Shown here in pieces: positions 19,561-29,805 of a DNA stretch of 64,000 nt. The translations under genes were made by a program, and so were the position numbers. Where the stretch lies: NCBI GenBank assembly GCA_000995185.1, contig LCET01000001.1, forward strand, positions 103,028 through 167,027. The letters run 5' to 3'. Position 1 is the first letter of the stretch; each line of letters begins with the position of its first letter. The stretch comes from Candidatus Woesebacteria bacterium GW2011_GWC1_42_9 (GTDB lineage Bacteria > Patescibacteriota > Microgenomatia > UBA8517). The notes under the pieces were generated by a model. It saw nothing but the letters and a program-made list of their open reading frames with translations, searched no databases and was not told where the DNA came from.

Positions 19561-20576
19561 AAATTGTTTTTTTAAATATTTATCAAGGGAGTGTGAATCG
19601 CGGTGCTGAGACATTTACGGAGGAGCTTTCTAAGAAGCTGGAGAAATATTTTGATCTCGAGGTAATTTCAGGTAAACGAAAACTTATAAAAAGATTGCCT
19701 GTAATTTGGAGATTTTTTTTGGATCCGCAGGGGATGATTGTGTTTTGGTGGAGTTTACGAATGCTTCCGAGGGTAATTCGTGAAAGGCCGGATATTATTA
19801 TTCCTTTGAATGGCGGATGGCAGGCATTGCTTATGAGATTTTTAACATGGGCTTATGGAGGAAAACTGGTGATAGTTGGGCAATCGGGGATTGGTTGGGA
19901 TGATCGGGTCAATTTATGGTCTATGCCCAATCATTTTGTAGGAATATCTAAAAAGGCTAGTCTGTGGTCAAAAAAGGTGAATCCTATGGTTAGTTCCCAA
20001 TATATCCCGAATGGGGTAGATCTGGAAAAATTTAAACCAGGCGGGCGTGTATTTCAGCATGGTTTGAAGGGGAAAGTGATTTTGTGCGTGGGAGCATTAG
20101 TCCCGAGCAAGCAAATTGATAAGGCAATTTTGGCTGTTAGTAAGCTTAAGCAAGTTAGTCTACTTATCGCGGGCGATGGTCCGCAGAATGAGGGGCTTTT
20201 AGCTCTTGGCAGGGAATCACTTGGGAGAAGAAGGTTTAAGCTCGTTTCTGTTACCCACGAGATGATGCCTGAAATCTATCGTTCTGCTGATATTTTTGTA
20301 TTTACTCCGGAAAGATCAGAAGCTTTTGGAATTGTTTATGTTGAGGCTATGGCCTCAGGATTGTCAGTTGTGGCCACTGACGACCCTATTCGAAGAGAAA
20401 TTGTTGGGAATGCGGGACTATTTGTGGACCCTAATAATATGGAAGAATATGCCAGGATTATCAGGAGGGCTTTGGAGATGAAATGGGGAAATAAACCCAG
20501 AATCCAAGCACAAAAATATTCTTGGGACAAAATTGCTGAAAAGTATGAGAAATTATTCTCAAGTTTATATAAATGA
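19542..20576 (+). CDS. GT4 family glycosyltransferase (GT-B fold).
   Basis: C-terminal FVFTPERSEAFGIVYVEAMASGLSVVATDDPIRREIVGNAGLFVDPNN matches the GT4 EX7E region. Confidence 0.8.
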   Translation: MEKKKLKIVFLNIYQGSVNRGAETFTEELSKKLEKYFDLEVISGKRKLIKRLPVIWRFFLDPQGMIVFWWSLRMLPRVIRERPDIIIPLNGGWQALLMRFLTWAYGGKLVIVGQSGIGWDDRVNLWSMPNHFVGISKKASLWSKKVNPMVSSQYIPNGVDLEKFKPGGRVFQHGLKGKVILCVGALVPSKQIDKAILAVSKLKQVSLLIAGDGPQNEGLLALGRESLGRRRFKLVSVTHEMMPEIYRSADIFVFTPERSEAFGIVYVEAMASGLSVVATDDPIRREIVGNAGLFVDPNNMEEYARIIRRALEMKWGNKPRIQAQKYSWDKIAEKYEKLFSSLYK

Positions 20577-21412
20577 AAACATCAATTATTATCCCGACAT
20601 ATAATGAGGAGGGCTTCATAGAAAGCTGTTTGAAATCATTGGATAATCAATCTTTGCGTGATTTTGAAGTGATAGTTGTTGATGATGGGAGCATTGACAA
20701 GACGGAGAGCGTCTTGTCAAATTTACAATTTACAAATTTCAATTTACAAATACTTAGACAAAAACACCGAGGACCGGCTCTTGCCCGAAACTTAGGCGCC
20801 AAGAAGGCGCTGGGTGAAATACTCGTTTTTGTCGATGCTGATATGACTTTTGATAAAGATTTTGTTAAAAAATTGATCGCACCGATTATAGAAAATCAAA
20901 CAATCGGCACATTTAGCAAAGAGGAATACGTGGTTAATTGGAATAATCTTTGGGCGAGGTGTTGGAATATAAATAGTAATTTACCATCTAAAAAAAGGCT
21001 TCCTGGTAATTACCCAAATAAACAGAAAGTGTTTCGAGCGATCTTAAAAAAAGAATTTGATAGAGTAGGGGGGTTTGATAGGGGAGGGTACACCGATGAT
21101 TGGAGTTTGTCGGAGAAACTTGGCAAGATGGCCGTAAACGCGAAAGGAGCAAAGTTTTATCATAAAAATCCAGAAACTTTTGACGAGGTTTTTAGGCATT
21201 CTCGGTGGGTTGCTAAGCGCGGGTATAAACTTGGGATTTTTGGCTTTGTAGTTGCTTTAGTCAGACTTTCGCTTCCAGTGACGATCTTGGTTGGACTTTA
21301 TAAGTCCATTCGATTTAGGACTCCCCTATTTTTTATTTTCAAATTGGTTTATAACACGGGTGCAACTTTGGGAATTTTTGAGTACTTTTTGCTTAAAAAA
21401 GGAGAAAAATGA
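20573..21412 (+). CDS. GT2 family glycosyltransferase.
   Basis: SIIIPTYNEEGFIESCLKSL...FEVIVVDDGSIDKT and DAD. Contains a short heptamer repeat (see findings). Confidence 0.8.
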   Translation: MKTSIIIPTYNEEGFIESCLKSLDNQSLRDFEVIVVDDGSIDKTESVLSNLQFTNFNLQILRQKHRGPALARNLGAKKALGEILVFVDADMTFDKDFVKKLIAPIIENQTIGTFSKEEYVVNWNNLWARCWNINSNLPSKKRLPGNYPNKQKVFRAILKKEFDRVGGFDRGGYTDDWSLSEKLGKMAVNAKGAKFYHKNPETFDEVFRHSRWVAKRGYKLGIFGFVVALVRLSLPVTILVGLYKSIRFRTPLFFIFKLVYNTGATLGIFEYFLLKKGEK

Positions 21413-22770
21413 AGCGATCTCCGATCATTTATATATTACTTCTTGGTTTGATATTGAGGCTTGTTAACATTAATCAGTCCTTGTGGCTGGATGAGGCAAC
21501 AAGTGCCGTTGTGGCGCGTGATTACAACTGGGGTGGAATATGGAGTAATTTTCTACCAAAGGATTTCCACCCCCCGCTTTACTATTTTGCACTAAAGGCA
21601 TGGAGCTTGATTTTTGGGACAAGCGAAATTGCTCTCAGGATGATGTCAGTTGTTTTTGGTATAGCAGCCATTTGGATGATTTATCTGATTGGAAAGCTAG
21701 CTAAATCAAGATCTTTAGGAACAGTTGCCGCTCTTTTTCTGGCTACCGGTCCCCTCCATATTTATTATTCACAAGAGGTAAGGATGTATATGATGAGCCT
21801 GTTTTTAATTGAGTGTGCCATCTACTTTTTTCTATGCAAAAAATGGCTATGGTTCGGAATGTCTCTAGCAACAGTAGGATTAACAGACTATCTTCCGCTC
21901 TTTATTGTTCCGATCTTTTGGATTTATGGCTACATTACTAGATCAAACTATAAATGGTGGAAAAGCTTTATATTATCCCACATTTTTCTGTTGGCGGCAT
22001 TTATCGTGATCTTGCCGATTTTTACATCTCAAGTAACTGGCGGTTTTGAGGTAAAAACGCTTGTAGCCGGCTGGTGGAATATTTTGGGAGGGACGAGCAT
22101 AAAAAATGCCCTGCTTATCCCAGTAAAATTTGTCATCGGAAGGATAAGCTTCCCAAGACTGATATATGTTGGGGTAGTTGGCTTTAGTTTGTCTCTTTTT
22201 GGATTTGTAATGTATCCTTCATTTAGATTAAAAAAATATAGATTTTTTGTGTTGTGGATGATTTTACCGATATTATTTGCTCTAGTGATTGGGCTTTTCC
22301 TGCCGGTTTTAACTTACTTTCGGCTTTTATTTGTTTTGCCCGCCGTGTATTTTCTCTTGGCTACTGGATTAATGGAGCGCGACGATAAATTCTTTTTCCC
22401 GTTTCTAGGAGCGATTCTACTCATGAATGTTTTGTTTTCGGCGAGATATTTAGCTAATAGTCGTTTTCAAAGAGAAGATTGGCGGGGATTTACTGCTTTT
22501 GTAAATAATAATTCTGGAGGTAAATCTATTATCATATTTCCGGCAAATTCTCAGATGGAAGCCCTTAATTTTTATAAACCGGCGATCCCCTATTCAGGTC
22601 CAATTGAGAACTATCGCGATTACGAAGAAATTTGGTTGATGAGGTATGTGTGGGATGTATTTGATCCAGGGGATAAAGTGCGAGAAACTATTGAAAGGTC
22701 TGGTTTTATGAAACAATCCGAGCATAATTTTAATGGGGTGTTAGTTTATAAATATGAAAATAGCAATTGA
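21409..22770 (+). CDS. ArnT/PMT-like (GT39/GT83-type) membrane glycosyltransferase.
   Basis: ILLLGLILRLVNINQSLWLDEATSAVVARDY...HPPLYYFALKAWSLIFGTSEIALRMMSVVFG is a classic PMT_2/ArnT N-terminus. Multi-TM. Confidence 0.75.
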   Translation: MKRSPIIYILLLGLILRLVNINQSLWLDEATSAVVARDYNWGGIWSNFLPKDFHPPLYYFALKAWSLIFGTSEIALRMMSVVFGIAAIWMIYLIGKLAKSRSLGTVAALFLATGPLHIYYSQEVRMYMMSLFLIECAIYFFLCKKWLWFGMSLATVGLTDYLPLFIVPIFWIYGYITRSNYKWWKSFILSHIFLLAAFIVILPIFTSQVTGGFEVKTLVAGWWNILGGTSIKNALLIPVKFVIGRISFPRLIYVGVVGFSLSLFGFVMYPSFRLKKYRFFVLWMILPILFALVIGLFLPVLTYFRLLFVLPAVYFLLATGLMERDDKFFFPFLGAILLMNVLFSARYLANSRFQREDWRGFTAFVNNNSGGKSIIIFPANSQMEALNFYKPAIPYSGPIENYRDYEEIWLMRYVWDVFDPGDKVRETIERSGFMKQSEHNFNGVLVYKYENSN

Positions 22771-23824
22771 CGTCTCCCAAATTGTTTATGGGACCGGAGT
22801 ATCTGTTTATACAGTTAATCTAGTTACTAATTTATTAAAAGTTGACAAGAAGAATGAATATATCCTATTCGCCGGTTCTCTAAGAAGGCGGCAAGAGTTA
22901 AAGAGTTTCTATAACACCAAAGTTTTCCCCATTCCCCCGATCTTAGCCGACTTAGTGTGGAATAAGCTCCATATCTTCCCTGTTGAGAGGTTAATAGGAG
23001 AGGTTGATGTTTTTCATTCTTCTGATTGGACACAGCCGCCCTCAGGGGCGTTTATGGTGACGACGATACATGATCTTGCTCCCGTAATGCACCCTAAATG
23101 GACCGACCCAAAAATTACCCGCGTTCACAAGAGAAGACTTAATTGGGTTAAAAAAGAAGTTGATAAAATTATTGTCCCGTCGGTGGCTACGAAGAATGAA
23201 CTTATGAAATTAGACTTTGATAATCAGAAAACCATCGTAATACAAGAAGCTTGCAACGAAATGTTTAGAAGATCAACTGAAGAACAAATAGTAAAGATTA
23301 GAGACAAGTATGGGATACAGGGAAAATACATCTTAGCAGTTGGCTCTGGGAAAAGAAAAAATACAAATAGGATAATATTGGCTTTTGAAAAAGTTAGGGA
23401 TAAATTGGGGATTAATAATTTGGTCTTAACTGGGCGGCCAATGGACGGACAAAAAAAATCAGAGGGATTAATTTTTGTGGACCATGCGCCCAAAAATGAG
23501 TTGCCAATTTTATATTCAGGGGCGGAGTGCTTGGTTTATGCGAGTTTATATGAAGGTTTCGGGTTGCCGATATTAGAAGCATTTGCTATAGGCACACCAG
23601 TTGTTACTAGTAGTATTTCAAGCATGCCAGAGATCGCGGGAGACGCGGCAATTTTGGTCAATCCAAAAATGGATAGCTCTATCGCGGGGGGAATTAAAAG
23701 GGCTTTAGGTGATAGAGAAAAATTAGTTAAGAAAGGACTTAGTCGGGTGAAGGAATTTTCTTGGGAAAAGACAGCAAGGGAAACTTTAAACGTTTATAAT
23801 TTATGTCATGAGGATAGGAATTGA
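22754..23824 (+). CDS. GT4 family glycosyltransferase.
   Basis: VYASLYEGFGLPILEAFAIGTPVVTSSISSMPEIAGDAAILVNP. Confidence 0.8.
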   Translation: MKIAIDVSQIVYGTGVSVYTVNLVTNLLKVDKKNEYILFAGSLRRRQELKSFYNTKVFPIPPILADLVWNKLHIFPVERLIGEVDVFHSSDWTQPPSGAFMVTTIHDLAPVMHPKWTDPKITRVHKRRLNWVKKEVDKIIVPSVATKNELMKLDFDNQKTIVIQEACNEMFRRSTEEQIVKIRDKYGIQGKYILAVGSGKRKNTNRIILAFEKVRDKLGINNLVLTGRPMDGQKKSEGLIFVDHAPKNELPILYSGAECLVYASLYEGFGLPILEAFAIGTPVVTSSISSMPEIAGDAAILVNPKMDSSIAGGIKRALGDREKLVKKGLSRVKEFSWEKTARETLNVYNLCHEDRN

Positions 23825-24935
23825 TGGCAATGAAGCAAATATAAAAAGGCGCGTCGGGGTAAATGTGTATGCTTTTGAGCTATTAAGATCTATTTATCAG
23901 CTTCAAACGGAGAAAAGTGCGAAAGAACAATTTACGATCTTTCTAAAAAGTGCCCCACTCCCTCATTTACCACCAGAAAGTGATTTTTGGCACTACCAGA
24001 TCCTTCCGGATAGGCCTCTTTGGGTCGTTACCAGCCTATCGTCTCATCTTTTTTTTAATTATTTTTCAAACAAACGCTTGGATTTGTTTTTCACACCTGG
24101 GCACTATGCTCCACCGCTTACTCTGATGACAAAAATTTGCTCGATTATGGACCTTGGTTATCTCGAATTTTCGGACCAATTCACAAAATATGACTATTGG
24201 CAGTTAAGACTTTGGAGTGCTTGGTCGATACTGACCTCAAAGAGGATCCTTACGATTTCCAAGGCCTCCAAAAGGGATATTTTGCGCCATTACCCCAGTT
24301 CACAGGGGAAAGTAACGGTAACATACCCGGCTTTTGACAAGAATATTTTTAATCAAGGCACTAAAGTGGAAAAGAAAATATTAAAAAAATACCGAATTCA
24401 AGGGAAATATATACTATTTTTGAGTACGCTAAAGCCAAGTAAAAACATTTTAGGGCTGCTTACTGCGTGGAAGTATATAGAATCTCAATTCCCCGATACT
24501 AAACTTGTAATTGCTGGGAAGAAGGGATGGCTTTATGGAGATATTTTTATTAGGACGAAAGAATTAGGTCTTACAAAAAGAGTAGTATTTACTGATTTCG
24601 TTAGTGAAGAGGACAAGCCCTCTATTATTGCAGGGGCTAAGGTATTTGTTCTTCCAAGTTTTTGGGAAGGGTTTGGATTAGATATCGTAAGCGCACTTTC
24701 TTGTGGCGTACCCGTTACTTGTTCTAGTCGAGGAAGTCTTCCGGAAGTTGTTGGAGATGCTGGTCTAATGTTCAATCCTGAGGATCCGAGGGAGATATCA
24801 GAGAAGATATCGTACATATTAAGAATGTCTAAAAAAGATTATAATAAGCTAGCTAGGAGTGGCGCAAAGCAGGCGGACAAATTCTCTTGGGAGGCTACAG
24901 CTAGTGAGACTCTAAAAATTTTCGAACTGTTATGA
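23808..24935 (+). CDS. GT4 family glycosyltransferase.
   Basis: FVLPSFWEGFGLDIVSALSCGVPVTCSSRGSLPEVVGDAGLMFNPED. Confidence 0.8.
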   Translation: MRIGIDGNEANIKRRVGVNVYAFELLRSIYQLQTEKSAKEQFTIFLKSAPLPHLPPESDFWHYQILPDRPLWVVTSLSSHLFFNYFSNKRLDLFFTPGHYAPPLTLMTKICSIMDLGYLEFSDQFTKYDYWQLRLWSAWSILTSKRILTISKASKRDILRHYPSSQGKVTVTYPAFDKNIFNQGTKVEKKILKKYRIQGKYILFLSTLKPSKNILGLLTAWKYIESQFPDTKLVIAGKKGWLYGDIFIRTKELGLTKRVVFTDFVSEEDKPSIIAGAKVFVLPSFWEGFGLDIVSALSCGVPVTCSSRGSLPEVVGDAGLMFNPEDPREISEKISYILRMSKKDYNKLARSGAKQADKFSWEATASETLKIFELL

Positions 24936-25543
24936 TCAAAGACAGAATGGGACATCAACTTTCGGTTAAAGAAGTCATTAAAAAAGTTACTAATCGTCTT
25001 TATAATTATTTTGCCGATTTTGGCTTGTTTATATTTCAAATAGGAGTAGCCATTCCTGGTGTTGGCATCCCTTCACATCATGCAAGAAGATTTTTAATGA
25101 GATTGGGAGGAGCAAAAATTGGCAAGGGAACTTCTATTCATATGGGTTGCAAGTTTTTTTCTTTGAAAAATCTGTCGATTGGTGAAGATACAATTGTGGG
25201 TCATGGCTGTTTTATCGACGGGAGAGGCAAAGTTAATATCGGCAATCATGTAAATATTGCCAGCGAGGTGATGATTTATAATTCCGAGCACGATGTGAAT
25301 TCAGAAGATTTTGGAGCGGTCGAGGAACCGATAGCGATCCACGATTACGTCTTTATTGGTCCAAGGGTGATTGTTTTGCCCGGGGTCACAATCGGAAAGG
25401 GGGCTGTCGTAGCCGCGGGTGCAGTGGTCACAAAAGATGTTCCCGAATATGGGATTGTTGGGGGGGTGCCAGCAAAGGTAATTGGGGAGAGAAAAATAAA
25501 GAATCCTAATTATAAACTTGGGAGGGCAAGGCTATTTCAGTGA
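24932..25543 (+). CDS. Hexapeptide-repeat (LbH) sugar O-acetyltransferase (WcaF/colanic-acid acetyltransferase-like).
   Basis: Successive [LIV]G..... repeats: IGNHVNIASEVMIY, IGPRVIVLPGVTIGKGAVVAAGAVVTKDVPEYGIVGGVPAKVIG. Confidence 0.75.
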   Translation: MIKDRMGHQLSVKEVIKKVTNRLYNYFADFGLFIFQIGVAIPGVGIPSHHARRFLMRLGGAKIGKGTSIHMGCKFFSLKNLSIGEDTIVGHGCFIDGRGKVNIGNHVNIASEVMIYNSEHDVNSEDFGAVEEPIAIHDYVFIGPRVIVLPGVTIGKGAVVAAGAVVTKDVPEYGIVGGVPAKVIGERKIKNPNYKLGRARLFQ

Positions 25544-26070
25544 TGAGGAAGTTTTTTACAGCTTCGTATTTAGTTTTTTCTTTAGGATTAATTATATATC
25601 TTGTGGTATACCCGGGGATCAAATTTCCTGATCCTCCTCCAAATTCGACCCTTTCAGTTGAGCCAGGTGACTCTGAAACACCATATAGAAGGGCCTATTT
25701 CACGGACTATAATCGTAGCGAGGTGATTGAGCATTATAGGAAGCAATTTGATTATTTGCCAATATTGAGGCTTAACTATCCACCAGAAGACGCCCAGACA
25801 ATTATCCGCGACAGGACAAGAAGTGTTTATCTGGAGGAGTTGACTCATCCCTTTAGAGAATCGATTTTTATTAACGGCTTTATCCCGAGTAGCGCCAAAG
25901 ATGACATTTGGTATAAAGGAAGGCATTATGAGCAGAAGATTACTGTTCGCTTTGTCCCCTCAATGATAGTTAGAAGGATTCTTATAAATGTGATCACTTT
26001 AGTGTTAGGCTGGATGATCGTTAACGAGTGGGTGTATTTTGTTAAAAATTCATTATGGATCTTTCGATAA
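25540..26070 (+). CDS. Hypothetical membrane protein with N- and C-terminal TM helices.
   Basis: ORF whose stop/start overlaps the neighbouring operon genes. Hydrophobic ends. No family recognised. Confidence 0.45.
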   Translation: MMRKFFTASYLVFSLGLIIYLVVYPGIKFPDPPPNSTLSVEPGDSETPYRRAYFTDYNRSEVIEHYRKQFDYLPILRLNYPPEDAQTIIRDRTRSVYLEELTHPFRESIFINGFIPSSAKDDIWYKGRHYEQKITVRFVPSMIVRRILINVITLVLGWMIVNEWVYFVKNSLWIFR

Positions 26071-26969
26071 TCATCGTTAATTACAATACTGGCGGCTTGT
26101 TGGCTGAGTGCATAGAATCAGTGCTAAAGCATACTAAAAAGATTAGCTACATAATATATGTGGTTGACAATAATTCATCGGATGAGAGTCTTGCTTTATT
26201 ATCTAGGCTTTCCAAAAATAAAAGCAGAATCAAAGTAATTAAATGCAGTAAAAACCTTGGGTTTGCCGGTGCGAACAATCTTGCTCTTAAAAAAGTAAAA
26301 AGCGACTTCGTATTACTTTTGAACCCGGACACTTTGATAAAAAATAATGTGATTGGGGATATGCTTGCATGGATTAAGAGAAAGGCGGAAGTTGGGATTG
26401 CAAGCTGTGCATTGAAAAATTCTGATGGAAGCATTCAAGGGACTGGTGGATATTTCCCAACACTTTTAAGGGTCTTTTCTTGGATGACGATTGAAGATTT
26501 ACCTTTTGTTGCAAAAATTATCAAGCCCTTTCACCCGATGCGGAATCTGTCGTATTCAAAAGGCATTAATTTTTATAAGGGCATCAAAGAACTTGATTGG
26601 GTCACCGGCGCTTTTTTTATGTTTCGATCCACGCTTCTAAAAGAGATAGGGTTACTAGACGATGATTATTTTATGTACACAGAAGAAGTTGATTATTGCT
26701 ACCGAGCAAAACAAAAGGGCTGGAAGGTGTTTTATAACCCAGCTTGGAGCATTGTTCATTACGGGGGTGCAAGCGCGGGAAGTGAATTTGCAATTCTTTC
26801 TGAATTTAAAGGAATTAAATTATTTTACAAAAAACATTATCCAAAGTGGCAATCTTTATTTTTATGGGTCGTTTTAAAAATTGGCATATTGGGTAGGGTG
26901 ATTTTGTTTGCAATTCTTGGAAGAGGTACACTTTCAAAAACATATGCAAAAGCGTTTATCGAGATATAG
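26055..26969 (+). CDS. GT2 family glycosyltransferase.
   Basis: LSIIIVNYNTGGLLAECIESV...YVVDNNSSDES and DDDYFMYTEEVDYCYR (the GT2_2 pattern). Confidence 0.8.
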   Translation: MDLSIIIVNYNTGGLLAECIESVLKHTKKISYIIYVVDNNSSDESLALLSRLSKNKSRIKVIKCSKNLGFAGANNLALKKVKSDFVLLLNPDTLIKNNVIGDMLAWIKRKAEVGIASCALKNSDGSIQGTGGYFPTLLRVFSWMTIEDLPFVAKIIKPFHPMRNLSYSKGINFYKGIKELDWVTGAFFMFRSTLLKEIGLLDDDYFMYTEEVDYCYRAKQKGWKVFYNPAWSIVHYGGASAGSEFAILSEFKGIKLFYKKHYPKWQSLFLWVVLKIGILGRVILFAILGRGTLSKTYAKAFIEI

Positions 26970-28359
26970 AAAGATAATTGATTCAAATATTAAGTTTGGG
27001 TTGGCCGCGCTTATTTTGGTGGTCCCTTTATACCCAAAGTTTCCCTTTCTAAATATTCCGGGAACCCAGGTTGCGATCAGATTAGAAGATTTATTGATCT
27101 TTATAGTCTTAGCATTATGGTTGTTTTGTTCGGTTGAAAAAATCCCAAAATTTATGAATAATAAGATAATTATTGCGTTTGTTTTATTTTGGAGTATAAG
27201 CCTTGTTTCAACTTTTTCGGGTGTATTTATTACTCAGACAGTGAGCGCTCATATTAGCTTTTTGCATTGGATGAGGAGAGTTGAATATATGTTTGGATTC
27301 ATAATAGCACTAGACGTTATTAAGAAACGCGGCGACCTTGCTTTTTATTTGAAATTATTAACGATCGATTTGTTTATTATTTTCTTATTTGGACTGGGAC
27401 AAAAGTACTTGAATTGGCCGGTCATAACCACACAAAATGCCGAGTATGCCAAAGGTGTCGCATTAAGATACATTCCAGGGTCTCACTTAATATCGACCTT
27501 TGCCGGGCATTATGATTTGGCAACTTATATCGTCCTGATGGCACCTATATTTATAGTGCTCTCATTTGGGACAAGAAACGTGGTTGACTCGGTGAAAATT
27601 ATAAAAAATAGCTTGGTTGCGAAAGGAATATTTCTATTTATATCCACGATATCACTCTGGACACTTGTGAATTCGGCATCGCGGATCTCAATCGCCTCTT
27701 ATTTAGGGAGTGTAACTTTAGCGTTGATATTTATTAAAAAATACCGATATATCCCCGTGGTTATAGTTGCAAGCATATTGTTTATAAGTTCCTCGTCAAA
27801 TTTAATAGACCGGTACATGAGGATAATTGAAGTGACGGTACAAAAGGTTGTCGGTGAGCGGGGCAATATAGTTGAATTGGATTTAGTTTATGCGGCTGAA
27901 GATGCCCCAGCTAGAAGGGAAACCAAGATTCCAACCCCCACCCCCGTCCCCGTATTTGAAGATAGGTCCACCTCTATTAGGATAAATGTAGAATGGCCGC
28001 GGGCGCTTCGCGCTTTGAAGAAAAACCTAATCTTGGGGACAGGCTATTCATCTATCACTCTTGCAACAGATAATGACTATCTTCGGATGCTTGGAGAAAT
28101 TGGAATTTTGGGAACACTTTCTTTTTCGTTGGTATTAGCAAAGATTGTGTATTATTTGTTTGCAGAGTTATTACGACACGGAAGCAAGCCATCTCTAGAG
28201 CGGTATTTTGTATTGGCAGTGTTGGCCGCGGTTCCCGGTGTGATGCTGAACATGGTTTTTATCGATATTTTGGAAGCGAGTAAATTTGCAATCATGTTCT
28301 GGATAATTTTAGGGCTTGCAATATCATCGGCTAATTTACTTTCAAATGAAAAAGATTAA
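26908..28359 (+). CDS. O-antigen ligase/polymerase-like (Wzy_C-type) polytopic membrane protein.
   Basis: Multi-TM. The periplasmic-loop region LILGTGYSSITLATDNDYLRMLGEIGILGTLSF resembles the Wzy_C motif. The start may be the internal Met near 26944. Confidence 0.5.
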   Translation: MQFLEEVHFQKHMQKRLSRYRKIIDSNIKFGLAALILVVPLYPKFPFLNIPGTQVAIRLEDLLIFIVLALWLFCSVEKIPKFMNNKIIIAFVLFWSISLVSTFSGVFITQTVSAHISFLHWMRRVEYMFGFIIALDVIKKRGDLAFYLKLLTIDLFIIFLFGLGQKYLNWPVITTQNAEYAKGVALRYIPGSHLISTFAGHYDLATYIVLMAPIFIVLSFGTRNVVDSVKIIKNSLVAKGIFLFISTISLWTLVNSASRISIASYLGSVTLALIFIKKYRYIPVVIVASILFISSSSNLIDRYMRIIEVTVQKVVGERGNIVELDLVYAAEDAPARRETKIPTPTPVPVFEDRSTSIRINVEWPRALRALKKNLILGTGYSSITLATDNDYLRMLGEIGILGTLSFSLVLAKIVYYLFAELLRHGSKPSLERYFVLAVLAAVPGVMLNMVFIDILEASKFAIMFWIILGLAISSANLLSNEKD

Positions 28360-29803
28360 TAAAATAATTAACTCAACCTGGCTTGAGTTTTTGGTACTAT
28401 CAGCGATAGTTGCGGCAAGCTTTGTGGTCCGGCTTTATAAAATTGGAAATCCGATCGCCGATTGGCATTCTTGGAGGCAGGTGGATACCGCTTCAGTCAC
28501 TCTTAACTTCAAAAACACAGGAGTAGATCTCCTTCACCCAAGGTATCACGATCTTTCGGCCATACAGACCGGGAGGTTTAACCCCTTCGGGTATCGGTTT
28601 GTAGAATTTCCGATTTTTAATATGTACCACTTTCTTGGTGCGACCTTCATAGGTCGGATGGGGTTTGACGCTTGGGGGAGATTGATCTCGATTTTGGCGG
28701 CATCGGTTTCCTGCATCGTGATGTATCTAATGGGAAAAACATTGCTTGGGAAATGGGAGGGGTTACTAGCGAGCCTCTTTTATGCTCTCATCCCCTTTAA
28801 TATCTACTTTACCAGGGTCGTTTTGCCGGATCCTCTATCTACTGCATTTGCCTTAATTTCTATTTGGCTGTTTACTATTTATCTATCGGAGGGGAAAAGA
28901 TGGCAACTGTATTTTGGCGGGATTTATATGAGCTTTGCTCTTTTGGTTAAGCCTAACGCCGTCTTTATGGCTCTGCCAATTTTGGTATACGGATTAATAA
29001 AATTTAGGATTAAAGGTGTTTTTTATGTCCGCCACCTTTTGACACTATCAATAGTCGCTATCCCGATTTTGTTATGGCGAGCATGGATGGGAAAGTATTT
29101 GGTTGGGATACCGCATTTTCTTTGGGCTCTAAACGGGGATGATATTCGTTTTAGGCCATCTTTTTGGAGATGGATATTTTCCGAGAGGTTGGGGGTTTTG
29201 ATTCTTGGCGTGTGGGGGATAGTTCCGTTTGTTTTTGGATTAATATCCAGTGGAAAGGAAAAATCATATAAATATTATTCTTGCATTTTTCTTTTGGGCT
29301 CGTTTATATATGTTTCGGTTTTTGCGACGGCCAGTGTAAGGCATGATTACTATCAGATTTATATTATCCCGGCGGTTTCCTTGGTGCTCTCCCAAGGGGT
29401 ATCGTTTATGTGGAGGCAGAAGGATTATTCAAAATTGTTTACTCGAGGTTTGTTGATCTTTTCACTTGGGGTGATGTTTATTACCTCCCTTATCAGAGTG
29501 CGCGATTTTTATATCGTTAACCATTATGAAATTGTTGTGGCCGGAGAGGCCGCCGACAAGCTCCTCCCAAAGGAGGCATTAGTTATCGCGCCGTACAATG
29601 GGGACACCGCGTTTTTATACCAGACAAGAAGAAATGGCTGGCCGGTAGTTGATGAGGGGATAGGGGATATTATTGCTAAAGGCGCTGATTATTATGTATC
29701 CGTGAATACGGGAGACAAAGATTCAGTCGAATTTAAAAAGGTATTTAAGGTAGTGGCAGAAACAGATAATTACTTAATTTTGGACCTTCATCAGTATAAT
29801 TAG
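28316..29803 (+). CDS. ArnT/PMT-like GT-C membrane glycosyltransferase.
   Basis: N-terminal ...LYKIGNPIADWHSWRQVDTASVTLNF..., about 10 TM helices, and a soluble C-terminal domain. This is typical GT39/GT83-like topology. Confidence 0.55.
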   Translation: MQYHRLIYFQMKKINKIINSTWLEFLVLSAIVAASFVVRLYKIGNPIADWHSWRQVDTASVTLNFKNTGVDLLHPRYHDLSAIQTGRFNPFGYRFVEFPIFNMYHFLGATFIGRMGFDAWGRLISILAASVSCIVMYLMGKTLLGKWEGLLASLFYALIPFNIYFTRVVLPDPLSTAFALISIWLFTIYLSEGKRWQLYFGGIYMSFALLVKPNAVFMALPILVYGLIKFRIKGVFYVRHLLTLSIVAIPILLWRAWMGKYLVGIPHFLWALNGDDIRFRPSFWRWIFSERLGVLILGVWGIVPFVFGLISSGKEKSYKYYSCIFLLGSFIYVSVFATASVRHDYYQIYIIPAVSLVLSQGVSFMWRQKDYSKLFTRGLLIFSLGVMFITSLIRVRDFYIVNHYEIVVAGEAADKLLPKEALVIAPYNGDTAFLYQTRRNGWPVVDEGIGDIIAKGADYYVSVNTGDKDSVEFKKVFKVVAETDNYLILDLHQYN

Positions 29804-29805
29804 GC

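Noticed and set aside
27930-27960. Pro/Thr-rich segment (KIPTPTPVPVFED) inside the Wzy-like protein.
   Set aside because: It is a short low-complexity linker, probably a periplasmic loop. It is not a repeat element or a separate feature.
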